A stretch of 64,000 nt of DNA. Source: the human T2T-CHM13v2.0 reference genome, Homo sapiens. The stretch lies in assembly GCF_009914755.1 (NCBI RefSeq), contig NC_060938.1; one strand, 5' to 3'. Under the pieces are notes generated by a model that was not told where the DNA came from, searched no databases, and saw only the letters and a list, made by a program, of their open reading frames with translations. Within the stretch, counting starts at the first letter, position 1, and every line of letters starts with the position of its first letter. The position numbers were made by a program, and so were the translations under genes. Positions 50,802 to 64,000 of the stretch are shown in pieces.

Positions 50802-51441
50802 GGCTACAAAGTTAAATTGCTAGATAGTCTAGGAATGGCAATGTAGAACAAGGATGAGAGTGATGTAAAGTTAATGAAGCATATAGATAACTCTACTGAA
50901 AATAATCTTGAATACCAGCTAGAGGGCCTAAACTTCATTTATATGCATAAGAAACATAGATCTGACCGTAATGTATTGGGTAAATTTGAGAGTGCTATCC
51001 TGTGCCCTGTGGTGTATTCTATAAATGTCAGTCAGGTTAATTTGCTTAATAGGGTTGTTCAGTTATACCACATCTTTATTTCTTTATCAATTATGAAGAG
51101 AGAAGTGTCAAAATCTTCAATTGTAATTCTACTTATTTTTCTCTGTTATGCCTGTCCAGTTTTGCTTCATGTATTTTGAAGCTCTTATATTGGGTGCACG
51201 TACATTTAATATTGTCATGTGTTCTTGGTGCATTAACTTTTTAACCATTAATTAATTTGTCTCATTATCTATGGTGATATTCTTTGCTCTGAAATCTATT
51301 TTATCTGATAGTAAAACAGCCAGTCTTCTTTTATTTAGTGTTAGTCTTGTACATCTCTTTACAACCTTCTATTTTTTTTTCCTTTTTTGACTTCATAATT
51401 TAAGTGAGTTACTTGTATATTTGCATGTGGTTTGGTTTTGC

Positions 51442-51752
51442 TTTTTTTTTTTTTTTTTGAAATGGAGTCTCGCACTGTTGCCTGGGCTGGTGTGCAGTGG
51501 CATGATCTTGGCTCACTGTAACCTCTGCCTCCCAGGTTCAAGCAATACTTCTGCCTCAGCCTCCTGAGTAGCTAGAATTACAGGCACCTGCCACCACACC
51601 TGGCTAATTTTTTGCGTTTTGTTTTTGTATTTTTAGTAGAGACGGGGTTTCACTATGTTGGCCAGGCTGGTCTTGAACTCCTAACCTCGTGATCCACCTG
51701 TCTGGCCCTCCCAAAGTGCTGGGATTACAGGCGTGAGCCACTGCGCCGGGCC
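51442..51752 (-). mobile_element. AluS (AluSg-like), full length
   Basis: Antisense Alu with a T tail and ACCTCGTGATCC plus GGCCAGGCTGG diagnostics. Ends CACTGCGCCGGGCC. Confidence 0.93.
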
Positions 51753-51987
51753 TGGTTGTGTTCTTTATCAAATCTGACAACCTGTCATTTTTGGAAGTGT
51801 TTAGATCACTTGCATTTAATGTCATTATTGATATGATTGAGTTTCTTGCCTTCATTTTGACTAATTTAATATTAATGTTACATTTAAACTCTGTTATTAA
51901 AAAACATTCTTCAGAGTTTGTTCTAGAATTTATGCAATCGATTTTTAACTTATCACAGGCTACCTTGAGATAACACCACTTCTGTGT

Positions 51988-52066
51988 GTACATATATATA
52001 TACACACACACATATATATACACAGACATTTATATATACATATATATACACATATGTATATATAAA
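51988..52066. repeat. (TA/CA)n microsatellite at the position of the L1 poly(A) tail
   Basis: Lies between the TSD and the L1 3' terminus TACTTTAAGTTCTGGG. Confidence 0.9.
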
Positions 52067-54610
52067 ATACTTTAAGTTCTGGGATATATGTGCAGAATGT
52101 GCAAATTTGTTACATAGGCATACATGTGCCATGGTGGTTTGCTGCACACATCAACCCATCACCTACATTAGGTATTTCTATTAATGCTATCCCTCCCCTA
52201 GCCCCCTGCCCCCCAACAGACCCCAGTGTGTAATGTTCCCCTCCCTATGTCCATGTGTTCTCATTGTTTAGCTCCCACTTATGAGTGAGAACACGTGGTG
52301 TTTGGTTTCCTGTTCCTGTGTTAGTTTGCTGAGAATGATGGTTTCCAGCTTCATCCACGTCCCTGCAAAGGATGTGAGCTCATCCATTTTTATGGCTGCA
52401 TAGTATTCCATGGTGTGTATGTGCCACATTTTCTTTGTCCAGTCTATCATTGATGGGCATTTGGGTTGGTTCCAAGTCTTTGCTACTTTGAACAGTGCTG
52501 CAATGAACATACGTGTGTATGTGTCTTTATAGTTGAATGATTTATAATCCTTAGGGTGTATACCCAGTAGTGGGATTGCTGGGTCAAATGATATTTCTGG
52601 TTGTAGATCCTTAAGGAATCGCCGCACTGTCTTCCACGATGGTTGAACTAATTTACATTCCCACCACCAGTGTAAAACGTTCCTATTTCTCTACATCCTC
52701 TCCAGCATCTGTTGTTTCCTGACTTTTTAATGATTGCCATTCTAACTGGCATGAGATGGTATCTCATTGTTGTTTTGATTTGCATTTCTCCAATGACCAG
52801 TGGTGATGAGTTTTTTTTCATATGTTTGTTGGCTGCATAATTATCTTCTTTTGAGAAGTGTCTCTTGATATACTTCCTCCACTTTCTGATGGGGTTGTTT
52901 GTTTTTTTCTTGTAAATTGGTTTAAGTTCTTTGTAGATTCTGGATATTAGCCCTTTGTCAGATGGATAGATTGCAAAATTTTTCTCCCATTCCATAGCTT
53001 GCCTGTTTATTCTGATGATAGTTTCTTTTGCTGTGCAGAAGTCTTTAGTTTAATTAGATCCCATTTGTCAATTTTGGCTTTTGTTGCCATTGCTTTCAGT
53101 GTTTTAGTCATGAAGTCTTTGCCCATCCCTATGTCCTGAATGTTATTGCCTAGGTTTCTTCTAGGTTTTTTATGGTTTTAAGTCTTACATTTAAGTCTTT
53201 AATCCATCTTGAGTTAATTTTTGTATAAGATATAAAGAAGGCATCCAGTTTTAGTTTTCTGCATGTAGCTAGCCAGTTTTCCCAGCACCATTTATTAAAT
53301 AGGGAATCCTGTCCTCCAGTTGCTTGTTTTTGTCAGGTTTGTTAAAGACCAGATGGTTGTAGATGTGTGGCCTTATTTCTGAGGCCTCTGTTCTGTTTCA
53401 TTGGTTTACATGTTTGTTTTGGTACTAGTACCATGCTGTTTTGGTTACTGTAGCCTTGTAGTATAGCTTCAAGTCAGGTGGCATGGTGTTTGCAGCTTTG
53501 TTCTTTTTGCTTAGGATTGTCTTGGCTATATGGGCTCTCTTTGGTTTCATATGAAATTTAAAGTAGTTTTTTCTAATTCTGTGAAGAAAGTCAATGGTAG
53601 CTTGGTGGAGATAGCATTGAATCTATAAATTACTTCGGGCAGTATGGCCATTTTCATGATATTGATTCTTCCTATCCATGAGCATGAAAAGTTGTTCCAT
53701 TTGTTTGTGTTCTCTCTTATTTCCTCGAGCAGTGGTTTGTAGTTCTCCTTGATGAGGTCCTTCACATCCCTTGTAAGTTGGATTCCTAGGTATTTTATTC
53801 TCTTTGTAGCAATTATGAATGGGAGTTCACTCATGATTTGGCTCTCTGTTTCTCTTTTGTTGGTGTATAGGAATGCTGGTGATATTTGCACATTGATTTT
53901 GCATTGTGAGACTTTGCTGAAGTAGCTTAGCAGCTTAAGGAGATGTTGGACTGAGACAATGGGGTTTACTAAATATACAATCGTGTCATCTGCAAAGAGA
54001 GATAATTTGACTTCCTCTCCTCCTATTTGAATACACTTTATATCTTTTTCTTGCCTAATTGCCCTGGCCAGAACTTCCAATACTATGTTGAATAGGTGAT
54101 AGAGGGCATCTTTGTCTTGTGCTTGTTTTCAAAGGTAATGCTTTCAGCTTTTGCCCATTCAGTATGATATTGGCTGTGGGTTTGTCATAAATAGCTCTTA
54201 TTATTTTGAGATATGTTCCATCAATACCTAAGTTATTGAGAGTTTTTAGCATGAAGGGGTGTTGAATTTTATCAAAGGCCTTTTCTGCATCTATTGAGAT
54301 AACCATGTGGTTTTCATGATTGGTTCTGTTTATGCGATGGATTATGTTTATTGATTTGTGTATTTTGAACCAGCCTTGCATCCCAGGGATGAAGCCAACT
54401 TGATCATGGTGGATAAGCTTTTTGATGTGCTGCTGGATTTGGTTTGCCAGTATTTTATTGAGGATTTTCATATCAATGTTCATCAGGGATATTGGCCTGA
54501 AATTTTCTTTTTTTGTTGTGTCTCTGCCAGGTTTTGGTATCAGTATGACGCTGGCCTCATAAAATGAGTTAGGGAGGACTCCCTCTTTTTCTTTTGTTTG
54601 GAATAGTTTA

Positions 54611-54865
<255 letters not shown>

Positions 54866-55357
54866 TTATATTTCTGTGGGATCAGTGGTGATACCCCATT
54901 TATCATTTTTTATTGTGTCTAATTGACTGAGTTTCTTAATCCTGAGTTCTAATTTGATTGCACTGTGGTCTGAGAGACTGTTATGATTTCCGTTCTTTTG
55001 CATTTGCTGAGGAGTGTTTTACTTCTGATTATGTGGTCAATTTTAGAATAAGCGCGATGTGGTGCTGAGAATAATGTATATTCTGTTGAGTTGGGGTGGA
55101 GAGTTCTGTAGATGGCTATTAGGTCCACTTGGTCCAGAGCTGAGTTCAAATCCTGAACACCCTTGTTAATTTTCTGTCTCGTTGATCAGTATAATATTGA
55201 CATTGGGGTGTTTAAGTCTCCCACTATTATTGTGTGAGAGTCTAAGTTTCTTTGTAAGTCTCTAAGAACCTGTTTTATGAATCTGGGTGCTCCTGTATTG
55301 GGTGCATATATATTTAGGATAGTTAGCTTTTCTTGTTGCATTGACCCCTTTACCATT

Positions 55358-55447
55358 ACGTAATGCCCTTCTTTGTCTTTTTTTAATCTTTGTTGGTTTA
55401 AAACGTAATGCCCTTCTTTGTCTTTTTTTAATCTTTGTTGGTTTAAA
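55358..55447. repeat. Perfect 45-bp tandem duplication within the L1 EN region
   Basis: ACGTAATGCCCTTCTTTGTCTTTTTTTAATCTTTGTTGGTTTAAA occurs twice. Confidence 0.97.
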
Positions 55448-55482
55448 ACCTGTTTTATCAGAGACTGGGATTGCAACTCCTG

Positions 55483-55483
<1 letters not shown>

Positions 55484-55520
<37 letters not shown>
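55484..55520. repeat. T37 homopolymer (expanded L1 ORF2 A-run)
   Basis: Direct count. Confidence 0.95.
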
Positions 55521-55523
<3 letters not shown>

Positions 55524-56016
55524 TTCCATTTGCTTGGTAGATCTTCTTCCATCCCTTTATTTTGAGCCGATGTGTGTTTTTGCACATGAGATGGGTCACC
55601 TGAATACAGCACACTGATGGGTCTTGACTCTTTATCCAATTTGCCAGTCTGTGTCTTTTAATTGGGGCATTAGCCCATTTACATTTAAGGTTAATATTGT
55701 TATGTGTGGCAGACACCTCATACAGGAGAGCTCCGGCTGGCATCTGGTGGGTGCCCCTCTGGGACGAAACTTCCACAAGAAGGAACAGTTGGCAATCTGC
55801 TATTTTGCAGCCTCTGCTGGTGATACCCAGGCAAACAGGGTCTGGAGTAGACCTCCTGCAAACTCCAGCAGACCTGCTGCAGAGGGGTCTGACTATTAGA
55901 AGGAAAACTAACAAACAGAAAGGAATAGCATCAACATCAACAAAAAGGACATCCACACAGAAACCTCAATCGAAGGTCACCAACATCAAAAACCAAAAGT
56001 AGATAAATCCACAAAG

Positions 56017-57035
56017 ATGGGGGAAAACCAGCGCAAAAAGGCTGACAATTCCAAAACCCAGAACACCTCTTCTCTAAAGGATCATAACTCCTCACCAGCC
56101 AGGGAACAAAACTAGATGGATAATGAGTTTGATGAATTGACAGAAGTAGGCTTCAGAATGTGAGAAATAACAAACTCCTCTGAGCTAAAGGAGCATGTTC
56201 TAACCCAATGCAAGGAAGCTAAGAACCTTGAAAAAAGGTTAGAGGAATTTCTAACTAGAATCACCAGTTTAGAGAACATAAATGACCTGATGAAGCTGAA
56301 AAACACAGCAAGAGAACTTCATGAAGCATCCACAAGTATCAATAGTTGAATCGATCAAGCAGAAGAAAGGATATCAGAGACTGAAGGTCAACTTAATGAA
56401 ATAAAGTGCAAAGCAAGATTACAGAAAAAAGAATGAAAAGCAATGAACAAAGCCTCAAGAAGTATGGGGCTATGTGAAAAGACCAAATCTACATTTGATT
56501 GGTTTACCTGAAAGTGACGGGGAGAATGGAACCAAGTTGGAAAACACTCTTCAGGATATTATCCAGGAGAACTTCCCCAACCTAGCAAGATAGGCCAACA
56601 TTCAAATTCAGGAAATACAGAGAACACCACAAAGACAGTCCTCGAGAAGAACAACCCCAAGCAACATAATCATCAGATTCACTAATGTTGAAATGAAGGA
56701 AAAAGCATTAAGGCCAGCCAGACAGAAAGGTCGGGTTACCCACAAAGGGAAGTCCATCAGACTAACAGGGGATCTCTCTGCAGAAACCCTACAAGCCAGA
56801 AGAGAGTGGGGGCCAATATTCAACATTCTTAAAGAAAATAATTTTCAACACAGAATTTCATAGCTAGCCGAACTAAGCTTCATAAGCGAAGGAGAAATAA
56901 AATCCTTTCCAGACAAGCAGATGCTGAGAGACTTTTTTCATCACAGGGCCTGCCTTACAAGAGCTCCTGAAGGAAGCCCTAAACATGGAAAGGAAAAACC
57001 AGTACTGGCCACTGCAAAAACATGCCAAATTGTAA
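56017..57035 (+). pseudogene. L1 ORF1 remnant in the inverted segment
   Basis: ATGGGGGAAAACCAGCGCAAAAAGGCTG ... CATGCCAAATTGTAA. No continuous ORF, so it is disrupted. Confidence 0.9.
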
Positions 57036-57387
57036 GTCCATTGACACTATGAAGCAACTGCATCAATTAATCTGCAAAATAATCAGCTAGTGTCATAATG
57101 ACAGGATCAAATTCACTTCTGTGTAGTATAAGAAACTTACAACAGTATTCTATTTATTCCCTTACACTTGCGTTTTGCTGTCATGAATTTTTCTTTTACA
57201 TAAATTAAAAACTACATAATTCTGTATTATTATTTTTGCTTTAGCTGTAAGTTATATTTTAAGTAAATTTAAAATTAGAATTTCTTAACATTTATTAACA
57301 TATTTATAATATTTTTTGCTCTCCTTTACAATGAATTTTCACATTGTCATCTAATGTCAATATACTTCTGCTTTGAAAACTTATCTT

Positions 57388-57532
57388 GGCTGGGCACAGT
57401 GGCTCATGTCTCTAATGTCAGCACTTTGGAAGGCCGAGGCAGGAGGATGGCTTGAACCCAGTAATTCAAGGCTGTAGTGAGCTATGGTGGTGCCACTGTG
57501 CTCCAGCTTGGGTGACAGAAACCTTGTCTCAC

Positions 57533-57559
<27 letters not shown>
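57388..57559 (+). mobile_element. Alu monomer (FRAM/AluJ-derived) with (TAAA)n tail and TSD
   Basis: A single monomer flanked by AAAACTTATCTT (57376-57387) and AAAACTTCTCTT (57564-57575). Confidence 0.85.
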
Positions 57560-57563
<4 letters not shown>

Positions 57564-59294
57564 AAAACTTCTCTTAACATGAATTCCAATGTGTTCTGAG
57601 AATAAATATTATCAGTTTTGTTAATGCCTGAAAAATGTTTCATATTCATTTTTCCAAGATGTTTTCTCTGAATAGAAAATTTTAGGTCAATAATGTTTTA
57701 CAAAAATTCAGAACATTAAAGATATCATTCATTATCTTAAAGCTTGAGTTGTTTCTGAAAAGAAATCTGTGATCATCCTTATCTTTATTTTGTTCTATGT
57801 AATAATTTTTCCGTTTGTTTTTATTTTTTTCCTTGGCTTTGGCTTTTAGCAGTTTGATTATAGGGAGCCTTGTTGTGTTTTATTTTGTATTTATCCTGCT
57901 TTGGAATCTGTGGGCTTATAGTTTTTATCAATTTAGAAGTTTTTGCTATTATTTCTTCAAATGTTTTTTGTCTTCCATTCTCCTGTGATTCAAATTGTAC
58001 TTATACTGCTTAATATTGCCTACTCAGTCTCTGGGTTTTTGTTTAAAGCCTTTTTTCTTCCATGCTTCATTTTGTATCATTTCTATTTCAGTTGCTTCAA
58101 GTTTACTGATTTTATTTCCTTCTGTAGTTTCTAATCTGTTGTCAATCCAGCCAATATATTTTTTATTCCAGATATTAGATTTTTTATCTCTAGGTCTTCC
58201 ATTTGGATCTTTTAAAATATTTTCTATTTTCCTACTCATTATGGTTATTTTTTACTACATTCTTAAACATGTGAGGAATATTTACGATAGTTGTTTTAAC
58301 ATCCTTGCCTGCTCATACCGTTATCTTAGTCATTTGTGGCTCTGTTTTCATCACGACTTGACTTTTCCTCTAATAATTATGGATCATACTTTCTGATATT
58401 TTGCATGTTTTGTAACATTTGATGAGATCCAAGGCATTGTGATTTTTACCTTTTATGTGAAGGATTTTATTATGTTTTAATAATAATTTTGCATATGGTT
58501 TTTTATACAGTTAAGTTACTTGGATTAATTGTGGTCTGCTTTGAAGTCTTTGCTCTTGGCATTTAGTGTAATTAAACCCTACCATGAAGATGATAGACTT
58601 CTGTGAACTTTACTCTATGCCGCATGTCTTATGAGGCCTTACTTGTGTGAGTTTTGGAAATTTTTATGTCTCCCCATTTTGGTAGTTGTTTTCCCAGATT
58701 GTATAGTTTCTGCTTTTGGTTGTACACATCACACTCAGACAAAAACTTGAGGAAACTCTGAAGACCTCCATCTCTCTCTGTCTGTACAGCTCCCTATTTT
58801 TTGGTACTCTGCAGCATGTATTCTGTCTAGATACTTCGACCTCTCAAAATCTGATATTTGTTTCCTCAGCTCAAAGAGACCACCAGGTTCTGAATGTGAG
58901 TTCCTCTACCTTTTTGGGACCTGGTAAGTGGCTTTGGGTAATAAACTGTTAAAATTTGAGGGCTCTTCTTCTTAATTTGCTTTTTTACAGGGCTTACAAT
59001 CCTTAGCTACTTATTGTCTAATGTCTGAAAATTGTTGTTTCATGTGTCTTGTTTTTTTTTTTTTAAATTTTCTAAGGCAGTGGAGTAAATCTAATTTTTG
59101 ACCCTTCAACTGGGCTGGAAGCAACTCTTACAAAATTCATTTTAATTGTCCTATTTATACTTTTCTTTAATCCTTCTTTTATCATCCTTTTGCATAAAAA
59201 ATTCTGTTCTGTATAATTTGCAGTCTGTTCTATCCTTACTAATTGTTCTTATTTCATTAATGCAGTCTTTCTTGCCTTCTGGGATGCCTAGTAT

Positions 59295-59716
<422 letters not shown>

Positions 59717-59852
59717 TGATTCCTGTGGTAATTTTTCTGCTTCTTGAAATATTTTCTATTCAGAAACACTTTTCTTCTGGGTCATTACAATCTTACTCTG
59801 TTTGCTTTGTTGTCTCATACATGTTTTGTCACATATTGGGATTTTTCTATTT

Positions 59853-60055
59853 TAGAGTTTCTTAACTCCTGACATCTTGGACCAGGTATATTTTTGTGGG
59901 GTTAGTCCAGTGCATTAAAGCATATTTAACATTTCTGATCTCTACCCACTAATGCCAGTACACTCCTACCCAGTTTTGACAACCAAAAAGATCTCTGCAT
60001 ACTGCCAAATGTTCTGGGGAAGAGGGAAAAATTGTCCTGGGTTGTGAATCAATGT
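59853..60055. mobile_element. MER20 hAT-Charlie element
   Basis: TGACATCTTGGACCAG...CTCTACCCACTAATGCCAGTACAC...CCCAGTTTTGACAACCAAAAAGATCTC...TGCCAAATGTTC. Confidence 0.8.
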
Positions 60056-62387
60056 TGCATTTAGTAAATCTAGGGCTGTTTTACACTTAGTTAGTAACTA
60101 GGTTGTATTTGATTCACTCTTGATACCATGATCTTGTTGAAAGTTGGATGACACCTTTTCTCAGACCTACCTATACTCAGAAAACATATGTATTTGTGTA
60201 TCTTAAAACAAATTCCTAATGTCTAATATCTGTTCATTTATTGCATGTCTGCTTATGTGAAATGGGATATTATTCTGAACCCAATGCTGTGACTCTATGA
60301 ATCACAACCCTTAATATATATTACAATTGGATATTCTTCTTTTCTTTTCCCCAGTGATTTGTTCCATTTCCCATCCATACTTTTCCTACTGAGATTTATG
60401 TTTTGCAAAATTAGGAAGATAGGGTGACAGTCAACAGGCTTATTCTGTTTCCGTAAATTTATAGAATGAGTCATCACTTGTGTTTTTAAATCACATTTCT
60501 TCAGCTTTATAGTTAAGGGAAATGTCTCATAGATTTTGGATATAGACTCTGACATGAGTTTTAGGGTTGTTTTGAACTTTTGACTCTATCTTCATCCATA
60601 CTTTACTAATAAGCTGGAAATGGAAGTGTAGATTATGTCATCATGTTACTATATTTAACTTCACCACTGTACAGACTACTTCTGAAGACCTGGAAGAGGA
60701 AAGATGAAACTTTAAGTTGAACAAAGTTGACAGAATGATTGTTTCTTTGCTTACTTGTTTTCAGAATAAGAAATGCATGAAAAGTTTTAATAATAAATCT
60801 TTTGGGTTTACTTGCATTTCCTCATCAGTGTTCATGCAACCCTACCAAAATATGCAAATATAAGCCCAAGATTGATTAATCCTCTGTGTTGATAAATGAA
60901 GTCCTATCAGGTTTCAAATATTGGTTTTACTTTTTTTGTAAATTACTCATGAGGTATACATCCTGCAGATGTTACCACTGTTCTATCACAGACTTTTAGA
61001 TAGGGCTTTGCAAAATGTAAAATGATATTTTATTAAAAAATCACTAATTGGTAGGTAAAAATACAAAACTTTTATTACTCTCTATACATGATAATGTTTG
61101 TGGCTTCTGCTACCATATATTTTACATGTTTATTTCAATATGAATTTCATTAACTAACCCTTGAAACATGATATTTTTCAGTTGATTAGTTTTCAGGAAC
61201 TTTGATAAGATATTTATTTTGAATTATATAATTAATCAGATATATTCTGTTGATAATTAGTTTTTGGTGGCTTTAAATATACGACAGTTCCAACAACTTG
61301 CTTCTTGTCTTAATCACCACGTTGATTTTTTATTGTTGTTTTTTGACATGGGAGAATTGTAAATTTTCAAAAACAGCCAAACTTCTGAATGACTCAAGTC
61401 AAAACACCTGTATCAGATTATTATTGGAGACTGTCAAGTACTGGCACCATGATTCTATATAGGTTCTTTCTGAGGTTAAGCACATTCAATACATCAAAGG
61501 CTATTATTCCTGACTGAATATGTCTAAAACAAAGACTTTGCTTTCAACATATATTTGTTTTGCTTAGTGCTACGTGCCACTTCTGATGCACAGGATTTAC
61601 TTCTTTAAAATACTCAAGCATCAATTCACATTATATCAGTGGATCTTATTCTGTCAGTGGATGCATTTCAGGGGCTATTCAAAGCCTTGCAGATTGAAGA
61701 AACATTTTGTTTTTATATGGATATATAATGTACATTAGTTCTATACTTTCTGAAGTATAAGGCCTAATGGTACAAAAGAGTTTAAGAGCCACAAAAGAGA
61801 TTATAACTTACTTTTGTGCATATATTTTTAATCTGAAGGACTCATTAAAAATTATATAAAATTATTCAGTTTATGTTCTCTTTACCTTTTCTTTATTTCA
61901 CTGAGTGGATATTTTACATTTTATATTTATATATATATATATATTATTTAGAACTTGTAATGGTAACTGTGATTTGTAACTTCTATAACTTGTTAATCTT
62001 ACTTAAAGATGACAATATTTTTAAACTTCCATTAGGAATTTGATTCTTGCCAGTATTTTAAAGAATGGTTGAAAATAATAACTGGAAAGAAGTAACTGAA
62101 AATTGTATTTTTCACTAGAATTCCAGAGCCTCGTAAACAATTTCTGTTACATTTCTGAAATCTCAATATCTGCAGAATATTGTTCACAGGGAGACTAGAA
62201 ATAAGACTTTTTTCTCTATGACAAACTTTGTGGTTAGTATTGATAATATGGTGGTTATATTTGTTAGTGTGTAGGGCATATCAACTCAAGGTAAATAATA
62301 ATTTTTAATTGAAAAATGGTTGCAGTAAAAATACTAAATGTATTTTTGACAATGTTTCACAGAATATGTGTGTGTAATAAAAATATC

Positions 62388-63001
62388 TTTTTTTTATTAT
62401 ACTTTAAGTTCTGGGATAAATGTGCAGAAAGTGCAGATATGTTACATAGGTATATACATGCCATGGTGGTTTGCTGCACCCATCAACCTGTCATCTGCAT
62501 TAGGTATTTCTCCTAATGCTATCCCTCCCCTAGGCCCCCACCCCCTGACAGGCCCTGGTGTGTAATGTTCCCCTCCCTGACTCCATGTGTTCTCATTGTT
62601 CAACTCCCACTTATGAGTGAGAACATGTGGTGTTTGGTTTTCTGTTCCTGTGTTAGTTTGCTGAGAATGATGGTTTCCAGCTTCATCCATGTCCCTGCAA
62701 AGGACATGAACTCATCCTTTTTTATGGCTGCATAGTATTCCATGGTGTATATGTGCCACATTTTCTCTATCCAGTCTATCACTGATGGGCATTTGGGTTG
62801 GTTCCAAGTCTTTGCTATTGTAAACAGTACTGTAATAAATATACGTGTGCAGCACATAAAACATATGTGTCTTTATAGTAGAATGATTTATAATCCTTTG
62901 GGTATATACCCAGTAATGGGATTGCTGGGTCAAATGGTATTTCTGGTTCTAGATAATTGAGGAGTCACCACTCTGTCTTCCACAATGGTTGAACTAATTT
63001 T
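62388..63001 (-). mobile_element. 5'-truncated L1PA6/7-like 3' end (~610 bp)
   Basis: TTATTATACTTTAAGTTCTGGG...; ORF 62600..62857 encodes the ORF2 C-terminus (..HMFSLISGS). Closely similar to 52067-52655. Confidence 0.93.
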
Positions 63002-63094
63002 AAAGCTTCTTTTTTCTTCTTGGGCTGAAATGAAGGAATTCGACTTTTTACCATATTGGTAAAATTAAAATGTGGATGTTTAGTATGTTTTGAC

Positions 63095-64000
63095 TTATTT
63101 ATTGAGACAACTAATTTATACACCATAAAATTCATGCATTTTAATTGTTCAATTTAATGATTTTTAGTAAGTTTATAGAACTATGCAACCATCATCACAT
63201 GCCAAGTATAGAACACGTCTGTCAACTTCCAAATTCTGTCATCCAGTTTGCAGTTAATGCCTGCTTTCATTCTCAGCCTTAAGTACCCTTAATCTGCTTT
63301 TTACTAGATTTGGCTTTTTTTGGACATTTCATAAAGATGAAACCATATAAAATATATTCGTCTGTGTTTAAATTCCTTCCATTAGTATAGTATTTTTGAA
63401 GTTCATCCATATGGTAGCATGTATTTATGTTTTGCTGGTTTGCTTCTTTTTATTGCAAAATAATATTCCATTGTGTGGAAATATAATATTTTGTTTATAC
63501 ATTCACCAATTGTTGGACATAAAGTTATTTCTAGTTTTTGGTTAACATGAGTAACTCTGCCATGAACATTTGTATACAATTTTTGCATGGAGATGTTTTA
63601 GTTTCCCTTGGGTAGATACCTAGGGGAAGAATTGCTGAGTCATGTGGGAAGGTTTATGTGTAGATTTTTTAGAAATTTCCAAGCTGTTTTCCAAAGTAGC
63701 TGTACCATTTTACATTCCTATCAACAATATATAAAGGTTCAAATTTCTTCACTTTCTCATCAACTTTTGTTTGTTTGCTGTTATTTTGTCTTTTTTTTTC
63801 TTAATAGCCTTATATTCTGCAAAAAAAAATCCTGTCAGACTGTGTTGAATCAATAGATTGTTTTGGGGGAGAATTGCTATGTAAAAATTGGAGTCCTTCA
63901 ACACATGACAATGGAATGTCTGTTTAGTTACTTAGGTCTCTACTTTCTCTCTGCAGTGTTTTGTTGCTTGTTTGAATGTTCAAGCCTTGCATTCTTTTTT
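63095..64000 (-). mobile_element. L1MB/L1MC-type 3' region, running off the window end
   Basis: TTTATTGAGA...ACCATAAAATTCA...TGCAACCATCATCAC...TGGACATTTCATAAAGATGAAACCAT...ATTCCATTGTGTGGA...GATACCTAGG. Confidence 0.8.

Noticed and set aside
51604-52184. Cluster of ORFs up to 141 aa
   Set aside because: Read through Alu, old L1 and a TA/CA microsatellite.

Overview
This is AT-rich primate (human-like) genomic DNA, dominated by interspersed repeats: Alu S/J, L1PA and older L1M, MaLR/ERVL LTRs, Tigger/hAT DNA transposons, MIR and L2. I find no supportable host protein-coding exon, RNA gene, CpG island or CRISPR array. The protein-like ORFs in the track are decayed L1 ORF2 pieces plus one retroviral RT remnant. 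The main structures are: (1) a degenerate class I ERV gag-pro-pol on the minus strand at ~3340-6500, whose integrase is interrupted by an inverted ~94%-identical copy of a local composite segment (2000-2141) ending in a short A-tract; (2) a perfect 87-bp duplication with a two-step slippage junction at 24963-25143; (3) two tail-to-tail twin-primed (5'-inverted) L1PA insertions at 46956-50801 and 51977-57124 with readable TSDs and priming microhomologies; (4) several nested TE stacks. I found no convincing new gene system. The interesting signals are mutational-mechanism footprints. Repeat subfamily names come from recalled consensus sequences and need confirmation with RepeatMasker/Dfam.
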